Translations under genes and position numbers: made by a program
In this document: positions 18,121 to 26,107 of the stretch, piece by piece
Numbering within the stretch: the first letter of the stretch is position 1
Layout of the letters: each line of letters begins with the position of its first letter
Virus record (IMG/VR): IMGVR_UViG_3300037117_000093
Coordinates: 1-58,168 of that record
Origin: a virus
Taxonomy: Duplodnaviria; Caudoviricetes
Direction: 5' to 3' (one strand)
Length of the DNA: 58,168 bases
Notes under the pieces: model-generated
Told to the model about the DNA's origin: nothing
The model's database searches: none
The model's input: only the letters and a program-made list of their open reading frames with translations

Positions 18121-18414
18121 TCAGGATTTCACCTTATTGGGGATGCGCGCCGGTCTCCCGGCTTCCGCCAGCGCCGCGTCCAGCTTCGCCGCAAGCGCGT
18201 CCATGCGGTCGAACAGCGTTTCCGGCTCGGCAACTGACACGTGCGTCATCGACGACACGCTGGTCTGGTCGCGGTTGGCATAGATGCCGGCACGGCGGCG
18301 GGCGCCTATCACCGTGTTTTTCGTGACGCCGAGCGCGGCGGTGATCTCGCGGTCTAGCTTGCCGGCGCGGACAAGTCGCAGGATTGCCGCGGTCCGCGCG
18401 CCGGCGGCTACCAT
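18121..18414 (-). CDS. GcrA-like N-terminal HTH protein
   Basis: EITAALGVTKNTVIGARRR. Confidence 0.65.
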   Translation of the reverse strand: MVAAGARTAAILRLVRAGKLDREITAALGVTKNTVIGARRRAGIYANRDQTSVSSMTHVSVAEPETLFDRMDALAAKLDAALAEAGRPARIPNKVKS

Positions 18415-19025
18415 GCTGGCGCCAGATGATCGAGGCCGCGGACCTCGTGCGCCCGGAATTCGATCGCCGCAGAGGCGAGGAGAAGGACCGTCATTGCCTC
18501 GAACCATCCGCAATAGGCAGCACGGGAGTAGGATACCTCGTCGTCATCAGGGTCGAGGGCGATCGGGCAAAACGAGACCTGGACCCGCGTGTCCGGGTCG
18601 GTCTCGTAGCGCACCTTTGGCTTGTAGCGCCGGCCGTCCCATTCCGGCACCGGGCGATAGCGATAATCCGCGCCGTCAGGGATATCCGGCACGACGCCGG
18701 TGCGCCCGTAGCGCACGACCTGGTGCCCGTGCAGCCATGGCAGCGCCAGGACAACATCGTGGAGCGCCTCGGCGTCGGGGTGCACGTCCTCGGCCAGGAT
18801 CGCCCGGCCGCGCCCGCCGTCTACCGCGCAACCGAGCTCGGCATTGCGTGCGACCGCGACGCATCCGTCCTGCGACGTGCGGCGTTGCGGCGGCAGATAG
18901 TCGCGCGGCCCGGATGCGCGCTCGCTGGCGTAGAGCGATCGGCCAGTGATCTCGATGATAAGCTGGGCGGAATAGGTCCATTCGACGAGCCATTCGAGGC
19001 TGACGGATTTTTTTGATGCCGGCAA
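18408..19025 (-). CDS. Conserved-looking phage hypothetical protein
   Basis: 205-aa ORF; SLEWLVEWTY...HPDAEALHDVV. Confidence 0.65.
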   Translation of the reverse strand: MPASKKSVSLEWLVEWTYSAQLIIEITGRSLYASERASGPRDYLPPQRRTSQDGCVAVARNAELGCAVDGGRGRAILAEDVHPDAEALHDVVLALPWLHGHQVVRYGRTGVVPDIPDGADYRYRPVPEWDGRRYKPKVRYETDPDTRVQVSFCPIALDPDDDEVSYSRAAYCGWFEAMTVLLLASAAIEFRAHEVRGLDHLAPAW

Positions 19026-19113
19026 AATTCCCGCCCCGCGGCAAAACCAGTGGTTCGCGCCGATGATTTGCGGCGAGCGGGGCGCCGGCGCAAGAAAAAT
19101 CTGCGCGGCGATC

Positions 19114-19150
19114 TATTTCCTATTGCGTTATGCGTTAGGTTATGTATGAT
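19114..19150 (+). promoter_or_regulatory. Early promoter, copy 1
   Basis: TTGCGT-16-TATGAT; 19-bp core CTATTGCGTTATGCGTTAG identical at 34607. Confidence 0.75.
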
Positions 19151-19178
19151 GGCGCTGTTGGATTTGGAGGACGAACCG

Positions 19179-19571
19179 ATGACCGATTTCACCGCACCGC
19201 AGTTCTGTATCGGCTTCGACGGCGAAGCTGACCCGATCGTTTGGGGCGATCGTGACCCGGCGAACGTCGTCAAGCTGCCGAAGCCGGCGAAGGTCACCGG
19301 GACGCAGGCGCACCGGGCCACGGAAGCCGAGCAATGGGCTTACGGCGTCGAGTTGCGGATCGTCGGATCGAAATGGCGCCGGCAGATGCGCGCGCCGCAC
19401 TATCCCGATATCGAGGCTTACAAGGGGCCGTACAAAACGCCGGAGCACATTGCGCACAAGGCCGCTCATACGCGCGCGCTCGGGACGCCGAAGGCCGCGG
19501 CACAGATTGAGAAAGCCTATTACGATTGGTTCGCGCAGCGGCCCGTCGCCGACGAGCGGATCGCGGCGTAA
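19179..19571 (+). CDS. Hypothetical early protein
   Basis: GGAGG RBS; first gene after promoter. Confidence 0.7.
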   Translation: MTDFTAPQFCIGFDGEADPIVWGDRDPANVVKLPKPAKVTGTQAHRATEAEQWAYGVELRIVGSKWRRQMRAPHYPDIEAYKGPYKTPEHIAHKAAHTRALGTPKAAAQIEKAYYDWFAQRPVADERIAA

Positions 19572-19625
19572 TCAACAGCTTACCGTGCGGCACTTAATGT
19601 GCCGCCGCAATCGGAGGATAGGACG

Positions 19626-20018
19626 ATGATCACGAAAATCATTCTGCACAACACCAGCGACGGCAGCTTTCCGAGCGTCGATACGGTTTGGGAGCGCTTC
19701 CGCGAAAGCGCCGTCGCTGCCGGGGTTCCGTTCGACGTGGCATCGCGCGTTTTCGAAGATGGGTGCGGCGGTGATACCGCAGCCCGCGAGTTGATTGAGA
19801 GCACCTGCAACGTGGAGTTTTCTATGACCTTCGATTATCTGTCGATAATCCCCGCCGGGCGGCAGCAGAGCGCCGGGCTATGGGGCCTCGCCGTCGCCGA
19901 TGCGATCGGGCGGGAGTTTATCGACAGCGCCAGCGACGACGAGCGCCTGACCGCGCGGATCGCCTGGGCACGCCGCGAACGCATGTTCGAGCAATCACTG
20001 GGAAGGGATTTGATATGA
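19626..20018 (+). CDS. Hypothetical protein
   Basis: GGAGG RBS; coupled. Confidence 0.65.
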   Translation: MITKIILHNTSDGSFPSVDTVWERFRESAVAAGVPFDVASRVFEDGCGGDTAARELIESTCNVEFSMTFDYLSIIPAGRQQSAGLWGLAVADAIGREFIDSASDDERLTARIAWARRERMFEQSLGRDLI

Positions 20019-20308
20019 CCCGCGCTGACAAGCTGCGCCGTCTCGCAGCGCTCGAAATCGAGAACACGGAGCCAGTCGCGCCTGCGTCCGGCACCTTCTA
20101 CCGACGCATCCTGGCGGCGGCTATCCTGGCCGCGAGCGTGTCGGGATGCGCAGGAGCACAAAAGATAGCGATAATGCCAACGCCAATTATTTGTAAGCAA
20201 TTACTAGAGCTTGATCCGACATATGTCGGATATGGCGAATATCTTAATGAACTGAGAAACCGCGGCGCTGATTGCGCGGAATACATGAAAAACTATACGC
20301 CGGATTGA
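20015..20308 (+). CDS. Putative lipoprotein with extended leader
   Basis: RRILAAAILAASVSG-C lipobox; ATGA-coupled. Confidence 0.6.
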   Translation: MTRADKLRRLAALEIENTEPVAPASGTFYRRILAAAILAASVSGCAGAQKIAIMPTPIICKQLLELDPTYVGYGEYLNELRNRGADCAEYMKNYTPD

Positions 20309-20321
20309 GGGAGGATTTGCC

Positions 20322-20486
20322 ATGGAAAAGATCATAACCGACTTCGTCTATCCGCCGATCCCTGATCGCCGCTGGGATTGGAGCGCCTACCGCGACGGTT
20401 ACGAGCCGGGCGAGCCGCTGGGAAGCGGTCCGACCGAACAAACGGCGATCGACGATTTGCTACAGCAAGAGGAGGATTTGCTATGA
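20322..20486 (+). CDS. Small acidic phage protein (54 aa, not in ORF track)
   Basis: MEKIITDFVYPPIPDRRWDWSAYRDGYEPGEPLGSGPTEQTAIDDL; GGAGG RBS. Confidence 0.75.
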   Translation: MEKIITDFVYPPIPDRRWDWSAYRDGYEPGEPLGSGPTEQTAIDDLLQQEEDLL

Positions 20487-20761
20487 ACAAGACCCCAGAC
20501 CAGTGGGCGAAATGCTCGGCCGCCGCGATTATTTGCGGTAGTCCCGCTCAGGCGCAGAACGTCATGACGATGGCGCTCGACGACATCGCCGCGATGGCGC
20601 GCCGGATAGCGCGGCTCGAATGTGCCCTTCGCGACATTGCCGGAGGCATGGGAACGGCCAGCCCTCCGAATGCAATGCTGGAACTTGGCCCCGGCGCGTT
20701 TCATAAGGCATTTGTTCCGCTCTTGCAGAAATGTGCTCTCGAAGCGCTGGAGGATTTGTGA
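20483..20761 (+). CDS. Hypothetical protein
   Basis: GGAGG RBS; coupled. Confidence 0.65.
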   Translation: MNKTPDQWAKCSAAAIICGSPAQAQNVMTMALDDIAAMARRIARLECALRDIAGGMGTASPPNAMLELGPGAFHKAFVPLLQKCALEALEDL

Positions 20762-21237
20762 TGACCGCAACACCGATGCTCGACAAGATTGCCGCCGAGG
20801 AATGTCTCGACGACAGCATGCAGCTTGTTGTGGCGCTTGGGGAACTGGCCATCTACCACGATACGGCGCTTCGCGGTCGCGGCCTCTCGGCCGAGCTTTG
20901 CTGCACAATTCGAGGATGGCGGATTTCATACAACGATGGCTATTCCCACCCGTCCATCCTATCGCCCTCATCTGGCGGATATTTTGCTTGCGCCGAAGAC
21001 GCGATCCACGCGCTGCGCGAGAAGGTCGATGGCTGGATCGTCCGGGCCGAAGGCGAGGACGCCGCGCCGTGCACCGAGGCGGCGCGCAAAGCCGGCTGCA
21101 CGTGTACGATCCCGGCAGCGCACTCGGCGAGCATCGACCCGCCGGAACCGCGCATTGATCGCGAGTGCCCCTTGCATGGGCGAAGCGACCCGGACGCCGA
21201 GCGGCAGCGGCGGATGGACGAGAGGATTGCCCGATGA
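20761..21237 (+). CDS. Hypothetical protein with C-terminal CxC...CPLHG motif
   Basis: GCTCT...RECPLHG. Confidence 0.65.
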   Translation: MTATPMLDKIAAEECLDDSMQLVVALGELAIYHDTALRGRGLSAELCCTIRGWRISYNDGYSHPSILSPSSGGYFACAEDAIHALREKVDGWIVRAEGEDAAPCTEAARKAGCTCTIPAAHSASIDPPEPRIDRECPLHGRSDPDAERQRRMDERIAR

Positions 21238-21809
21238 GCGGAGACCAGAAAGATTTCTACATCCACCAAACCCTGGTCACAAAAATCCTCTCTCACGCGC
21301 ATACCGCGCTGCTAGGGATTGAGAGCGAGGAAATCCCATTTGAATTGGGGGCCGCTGTCGTTGATCGTCCGGCGTTCGACCGCGCCATTGAAGCCCTCAC
21401 GGCCATTGACGAGTTTGCCCGCGAGCACGGCCTCTCGTTGACGACGTTTCGAGCCGGCGCGCCGTTCAAAGAGGGGGACCTCGTTACGGTCAAGGGAAAT
21501 TCTCATCTTGGACGTCACCGCGTGGATTCATGTGAATGGTTCACGCCGCGACCCGGCGCGGCCGAGCCTTATTGGCTCTGCGAATGCACGGAAATTCGCG
21601 ACCCGATTGATTGGGAAAAGATACCGCCAGGCGCGACCGGGATCGTGGTCGGATCAAGCTGGCGCGGCGCAGCAACGCACCTTGAGCATGTCCCCTGCGA
21701 ATGTTGCGGTGCCCCGCTTCTCGCTCCGGATTGCTGCCGGGCATGTGACAAGGCGCGGGCCGAAGGCGAGCGGTTCGTCGCAGAGCACGGAATACCGAAA
21801 GGACCTTGA
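21234..21809 (+). CDS. Hypothetical protein (SH3-like segment, C-terminal Zn ribbon)
   Basis: FKEGDLVTVK; CECCG..CCRAC. Confidence 0.6.
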   Translation: MSGDQKDFYIHQTLVTKILSHAHTALLGIESEEIPFELGAAVVDRPAFDRAIEALTAIDEFAREHGLSLTTFRAGAPFKEGDLVTVKGNSHLGRHRVDSCEWFTPRPGAAEPYWLCECTEIRDPIDWEKIPPGATGIVVGSSWRGAATHLEHVPCECCGAPLLAPDCCRACDKARAEGERFVAEHGIPKGP

Positions 21810-21812
21810 GCA

Positions 21813-21950
21813 ATGACCCGCGCCAACAAGCTGCGCCGCCTCGCGGCGCTCGAAGCTGAGAACGCGGAGCCGATCGCGCCCGCGTCCGGCACGTTCTATC
21901 GGCGCGTCCTGACGGCGACGCTGACAGGGATTGAAAGGATGCCAACATGA
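21813..21950 (+). CDS. 45-aa protein duplicating the N-terminus of 20015..20308
   Basis: MTRANKLRRLAALEAENAEPIAPASGTFYRRVL. Confidence 0.6.
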   Translation: MTRANKLRRLAALEAENAEPIAPASGTFYRRVLTATLTGIERMPT

Positions 21951-22177
21951 CCTATCTCGACCAGCTTTACCGCGCGGAGGACGAGTGCCGCGCCCGGCTC
22001 GCGGCGGCGGAAGCGGCGATCCTCGCCGCCGACACCGGCAGCGAAGCGGATTGGCCGGCCTACGATCGCGCGTCCAAGGCGTTCGATCAGGCCGAGGCCG
22101 AGTTGTCGGGCATCCTCGATGAAATCGAGGAATATGAGTGTCAGGATCGCGCGGATTATCAGGCGATGGTACTTTGA
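21947..22177 (+). CDS. Small acidic helical protein
   Basis: Coupled ORF. Confidence 0.65.
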   Translation: MTYLDQLYRAEDECRARLAAAEAAILAADTGSEADWPAYDRASKAFDQAEAELSGILDEIEEYECQDRADYQAMVL

Positions 22178-22212
22178 GCCATGCTTATCCGGTTGTCGCA
22201 CACAGGAGCTAG

Positions 22213-22500
22213 ATGTTGATGGGAACAAAGAATAATCCCGGAGCTTTCGATTGCTACGAGAACGCTGAGTCGGACGAACCGATGTTCGTATTGCTTGGTC
22301 GCGATCCTCTCGCGCCGTTTCTCGTTTCCATATGGTCCAAAGTGCGCATGGGCGACTTAGAGGCGGCTGGCGTCGTCTTTACAGCGATGGCTCATCGGGT
22401 CGCGCCGCGTTATCACAATACTCCCGACGTTGATAAGGCGAGCGAGGCACTGGACTGCTCACTTGCGATGTTCGCATGGCGCAAGGAGAACCGCTCATGA
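22213..22500 (+). CDS. Conserved phage hypothetical protein
   Basis: MGTKNNPGAFDCY..DEPMFVLLGRD motif. Confidence 0.75.
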   Translation: MLMGTKNNPGAFDCYENAESDEPMFVLLGRDPLAPFLVSIWSKVRMGDLEAAGVVFTAMAHRVAPRYHNTPDVDKASEALDCSLAMFAWRKENRS

Positions 22501-22682
22501 TCGACGTGGGCGGCAAGCTGATAAACCCCACGCACGTCGTTTCCGCTGAGGTGGAGACGCGCCACTACATGAACGGCTCAGCTTCCTGGCTTGTGGTGAA
22601 ACTCGACGACGGCTCCGAAATCAGGCGCGAGCACGGCTACGGCTTCGATGCCTGGGCCGTCCTTGACAAGATCAAGGGTTAG
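22497..22682 (+). CDS. Hypothetical protein
   Basis: Coupled ORF with GGAG RBS. Confidence 0.6.
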   Translation: MIDVGGKLINPTHVVSAEVETRHYMNGSASWLVVKLDDGSEIRREHGYGFDAWAVLDKIKG

Positions 22683-22798
22683 TCGTCATGGGTAACAACC
22701 GGATAGGCATGCTTTGAGCGATCTTGCCGCACCGCTCGGCCGCGTCTGTCCGCTGGACCGGCGCCCGTGCGTCTACCCGCGCTGCGCGCTGTGCCCGG

Positions 22799-23137
22799 TC
22801 AGCCTGCCCGCGCCACAGCCCGCGCAACCCCCGGCGGCAACCATACGCCGCCGGGCGTCCGGGTCCGGGCGCCGACGTGATCGCGCACCAGGCTCGGGAT
22901 CGACGCCACCATTTCCGCCACGACCTCCGCTCGCATACCTGGCGGCTCGACGATAGCCGCAAGGCTCGCAGCGTGGTTCAAGAGACAGCCGATAAGCTCT
23001 TGGACCGGAACGCCAGCCTCAAGGCATCGCCGCTCCTGCGCGCCGAGCCCCTGAGCAACCAAATCGACCAACATCTTCGCCGGCCCTGCCGGCAGCGGCG
23101 CATGGGTTTTGCTGGCGCCGTTCGGCTGATCGAGCAT
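22799..23137 (-). CDS. Hypothetical protein
   Basis: Follows AAA gene. Confidence 0.6.
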   Translation of the reverse strand: MLDQPNGASKTHAPLPAGPAKMLVDLVAQGLGAQERRCLEAGVPVQELIGCLLNHAASLAAIVEPPGMRAEVVAEMVASIPSLVRDHVGARTRTPGGVWLPPGVARAVARAG

Positions 23138-23140
23138 CGG

Positions 23141-24337
23141 CTATCCTTTGACCGTCCATTCGGTTTCGCCGGGATACGCCATGTCGATAGGCCGGAGCAA
23201 GCATCTTCCGCGCACCGACACCCGCACGATCTGCCCGGCGTCGAGCAGCGCCTGTTGCGCGGCGTACAGCTCGTTGAGCGGCACTCGGTTGATCTCGCCG
23301 TCAGAGCAGCGGCGCGCGCGGTTCGGCAGGCTGCCGCCAGCCATCTCGTCCGCCGGCACGAGAGCGCCGCCCTGCATCGATCGTTTCAGTCCCATCAATA
23401 GCCGGTAGCGGATCTCGGTGCGCTCGGCCTCGCCGATCTTCTTGCGTCTCGGGCGATCGTTCTCAACCTCATCGATCACGAAAACGCCGTCCTGCCAGCG
23501 CCAGCGCTCCGGCCGGAACCGCGGCCCGTAGTTCGATTTGAGGCTGCTGAAAACGCGTTGCAGCCCGAAATCGCCGTACGCCATTTCTTCCTCTTCGACG
23601 CCCGGCGGAGGCTTGGGACGGCTGATATTGAAGCCGGCGCGCGCCGCCGCCGACCATTGGCCCGATCCGCCAAACCCGGCCTTATCCTGCTTGGGCGTGT
23701 GCGAATTGAGGATGATTACGCAGTTGTGCCGGATCGCCTCACGGACCAGCGCGCGCATCGCCGCGCTGACCTGGGCTGTGTGATTGTGGTTCAGGTCGAA
23801 CATCGCCGCCGCGGTGTCGAGCAATACAACGCGATAGCCGCGGTCGCCGACCTCGCCCGCCCCGAGGTATCCGGCGCCGCCGAACAGCTGGTGGAACAGC
23901 GGCGTCGGTTGCCCCTTGCCGAACTCGGTCTGCCACAGCAGCGTCTCGCGGTCCGGACAGGCGAGCCAGGCGAGTTCGTGCTCGATCACGGAATTGTGCA
24001 CCTCATAATGCTCGCAGATTTGCAGGCAGCGGCTTTCGACGCGCTCCTTCACGTCCTCGCAGAAGACGGCGAGACAGCGGGCTTGCTCGCACGCGCGGCC
24101 GAGCCAGTCGCGGCCGAGCGCGATGGCGACCAGCATCTGCAGTGTCGCGAGGCTCTTGCCGACATCCGGTGCGCCTGCGAACAGCGTGACGGTGCCGGGG
24201 AGCAGCATGCCGTCAACGAGCCACCGCGGCGGGTCGGGAGGGCCGTCGATGTCGCCGGCATAGCTGAGGCTCAGCGGTTGCGGCAGCGCGAGTTTTGCTG
24301 CCGGGTGGGCGACGACATTGCCGCGAGGATCAGACAC
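23141..24337 (-). CDS. AAA_25/RepA-like replicative helicase
   Basis: WLVDGML; GAPDVGKS; CED; VLLDT; SHTPK; GSGQW; KSNYG. Confidence 0.9.
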   Translation of the reverse strand: MSDPRGNVVAHPAAKLALPQPLSLSYAGDIDGPPDPPRWLVDGMLLPGTVTLFAGAPDVGKSLATLQMLVAIALGRDWLGRACEQARCLAVFCEDVKERVESRCLQICEHYEVHNSVIEHELAWLACPDRETLLWQTEFGKGQPTPLFHQLFGGAGYLGAGEVGDRGYRVVLLDTAAAMFDLNHNHTAQVSAAMRALVREAIRHNCVIILNSHTPKQDKAGFGGSGQWSAAARAGFNISRPKPPPGVEEEEMAYGDFGLQRVFSSLKSNYGPRFRPERWRWQDGVFVIDEVENDRPRRKKIGEAERTEIRYRLLMGLKRSMQGGALVPADEMAGGSLPNRARRCSDGEINRVPLNELYAAQQALLDAGQIVRVSVRGRCLLRPIDMAYPGETEWTVKG

Positions 24338-24401
24338 CGCACATCCCTTCGCATTCGTTGGCGAACAGGTCGGCGATAGCGGCAGCCTCGGTGCTTACCA
24401 T
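24330..24401 (-). pseudogene. 23-aa remnant resembling the C-terminus of phage PAPS-reductase-like proteins
   Basis: DLFANECEGMCGV*. Confidence 0.45.
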
Positions 24402-24643
24402 TTCCGCTCTCCGCAGTTGAAATTGGCGATGCAATCCGATCGCGCGCTGAAGCAGTCCGGCGCCGGCTCGCAGCGCGCGGGCGTGCCCGGCGCGACCCCT
24501 GGCAGCCAGCCGCGTCCGATCGCCTGCCGCGCGGCCTCGCAGGTCTGTGCTGATTTCGCGCAATCGCGCTCATGCGGGAGGACAAGCGCGTAATCCGTCG
24601 CGCTGGCGAGCATGAGGACGGCAGCGAGGGCGGCGCGGGTCAT
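24395..24643 (-). CDS. Secreted Cys-rich small protein, paralog of 47006..47266
   Basis: Signal peptide; DYALVLPxERDCAKSxxTCEAARxAIxRGWLxGV. Confidence 0.75.
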   Translation of the reverse strand: MTRAALAAVLMLASATDYALVLPHERDCAKSAQTCEAARQAIGRGWLPGVAPGTPARCEPAPDCFSARSDCIANFNCGERKW

Positions 24644-25605
24644 TCCGCCGCTTCCGCCGCGAACAGCGGCAGCCCCTGTTCGGCGCGCTTGGCCGCGGCG
24701 AGGTTCTTGACGGCCTGCCGGTAGTAGCTCGGTTTCAGGTCGATGCCAATCGCACGGCGGTCATTGATGACGGCGCCGTAGACCTCGGACCCGACGCCCA
24801 TGAAAGGCGTCAGCACCGTCTCGCGCGGATTGCTCCAAAGTACCAGCGCGCGCTCGATCACGTCGAGTTGCAGCGGATGAACGTGCTTCTCGTCTTCCTC
24901 ATCACGGGCCTTCTGGTAAGGCAGCACGCGGTCCAGCCGGATGTCATCCCAGAAGGCGCTCGCGTATTGCCTCCAAATCCAGTGAGAGAACTTGTTTTCG
25001 AGCTGCGCGCCGGTCCAGTTGCGGTATTTCAGCACGTCGGCCGGCATCGCTCGCTCGCCGGCATATTCGGTCAGTCCCGCCGGGTGCGCGACCGGGACCG
25101 GGTTTTGCCCAGAGCGCCGGAAGATCAGCAGATAGTCGGCATTGGCGATGCTGCACCGCGTGCTGTCGATCGTGACACCCTTGTGCGACAGGCTTTTGGT
25201 CATCGTCCGGTTGCGAACGGTCAGCGGCTCTTTCCAGATGTGATAGCGCGCGACGTACTCGAAACCGCAGCGCAGGTGCAACCGGATCACGTCGCCCGAG
25301 AAATCATAGAGGTTGTCGAGACCGGTGTTGCCGGTCGGGATGTCCATGCAATGCACGGCCGACATGCGGCCCGGCATCGTGACCCGATGCAGGGCTTTGA
25401 CGACATGGGTGTAGTGTTCAAAAAATTCCCCCCTATTTATCGCATTAGATAAATCGCGCGGATCGGAAGAGTATTGATATAAGCCGCCAAACGGCGGAGA
25501 AAATATTGAAAGATGTATGCTTTCAGCAGGAAGCCCCGCCATCACCTCCACACAATCCCCCTGATATATTGCATAATTGTCGGTAATGATTTGTCTGTCA
25601 GACAT
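24640..25605 (-). CDS. DNA N4-cytosine/N6-adenine methyltransferase (beta class)
   Basis: GDCVE; FSPPF; KHVHPLQL; TPFMGVGSE. Confidence 0.92.
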   Translation of the reverse strand: MSDRQIITDNYAIYQGDCVEVMAGLPAESIHLSIFSPPFGGLYQYSSDPRDLSNAINRGEFFEHYTHVVKALHRVTMPGRMSAVHCMDIPTGNTGLDNLYDFSGDVIRLHLRCGFEYVARYHIWKEPLTVRNRTMTKSLSHKGVTIDSTRCSIANADYLLIFRRSGQNPVPVAHPAGLTEYAGERAMPADVLKYRNWTGAQLENKFSHWIWRQYASAFWDDIRLDRVLPYQKARDEEDEKHVHPLQLDVIERALVLWSNPRETVLTPFMGVGSEVYGAVINDRRAIGIDLKPSYYRQAVKNLAAAKRAEQGLPLFAAEAAE

Positions 25606-26107
25606 TGGCAAATTCCCCATGTATGCGAAGCGCGGCCATTCGATAAGCTGCGTGGGCCGCCTCTTCTTCAGTGAATAATCCAAGATGGACATGCTCGCCG
25701 TTATCGATGATTTGGGCTTGCCACTTTCTGGCTCGCCTATGCCAACTGACGCCACGAAGAGCGCTTGTAGTCCCCGATTTCTTGTGCTTGGTATTAGCTC
25801 GATTTTGCGCCCGTGTGGCAGGTCTAAGATTAGCGGCTTGATTGTTTCCCCGCTCGCCATTCCTTACGTGATCTACGACCGAAATGGGCCATTCTCCGGT
25901 CATATAAAGAACAGCTAGCCGATGCTCGAGGTACACGCGCCCGTCAATCCCGATCTCGCGATATCCGGACGATTTGTTCTGTGATCCGGCCCGCCCGCCA
26001 GCCTTGCCTCGGCTTCCCCGATATCCGCGATCTATTCTCCATATGAAGAAACCCGTCGCAGGATCGTATGCGGCAACCTCGCGGAGGCGCTCCGCTGTCA
26101 AAGCCAT
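25598..26107 (-). mobile_element. HNH homing endonuclease with AP2 domain
   Basis: YDPATG; HRLA; VDH..NN..NLR; GVSWH..KWQAQI..HLGLF..HGEFA. Confidence 0.9.
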
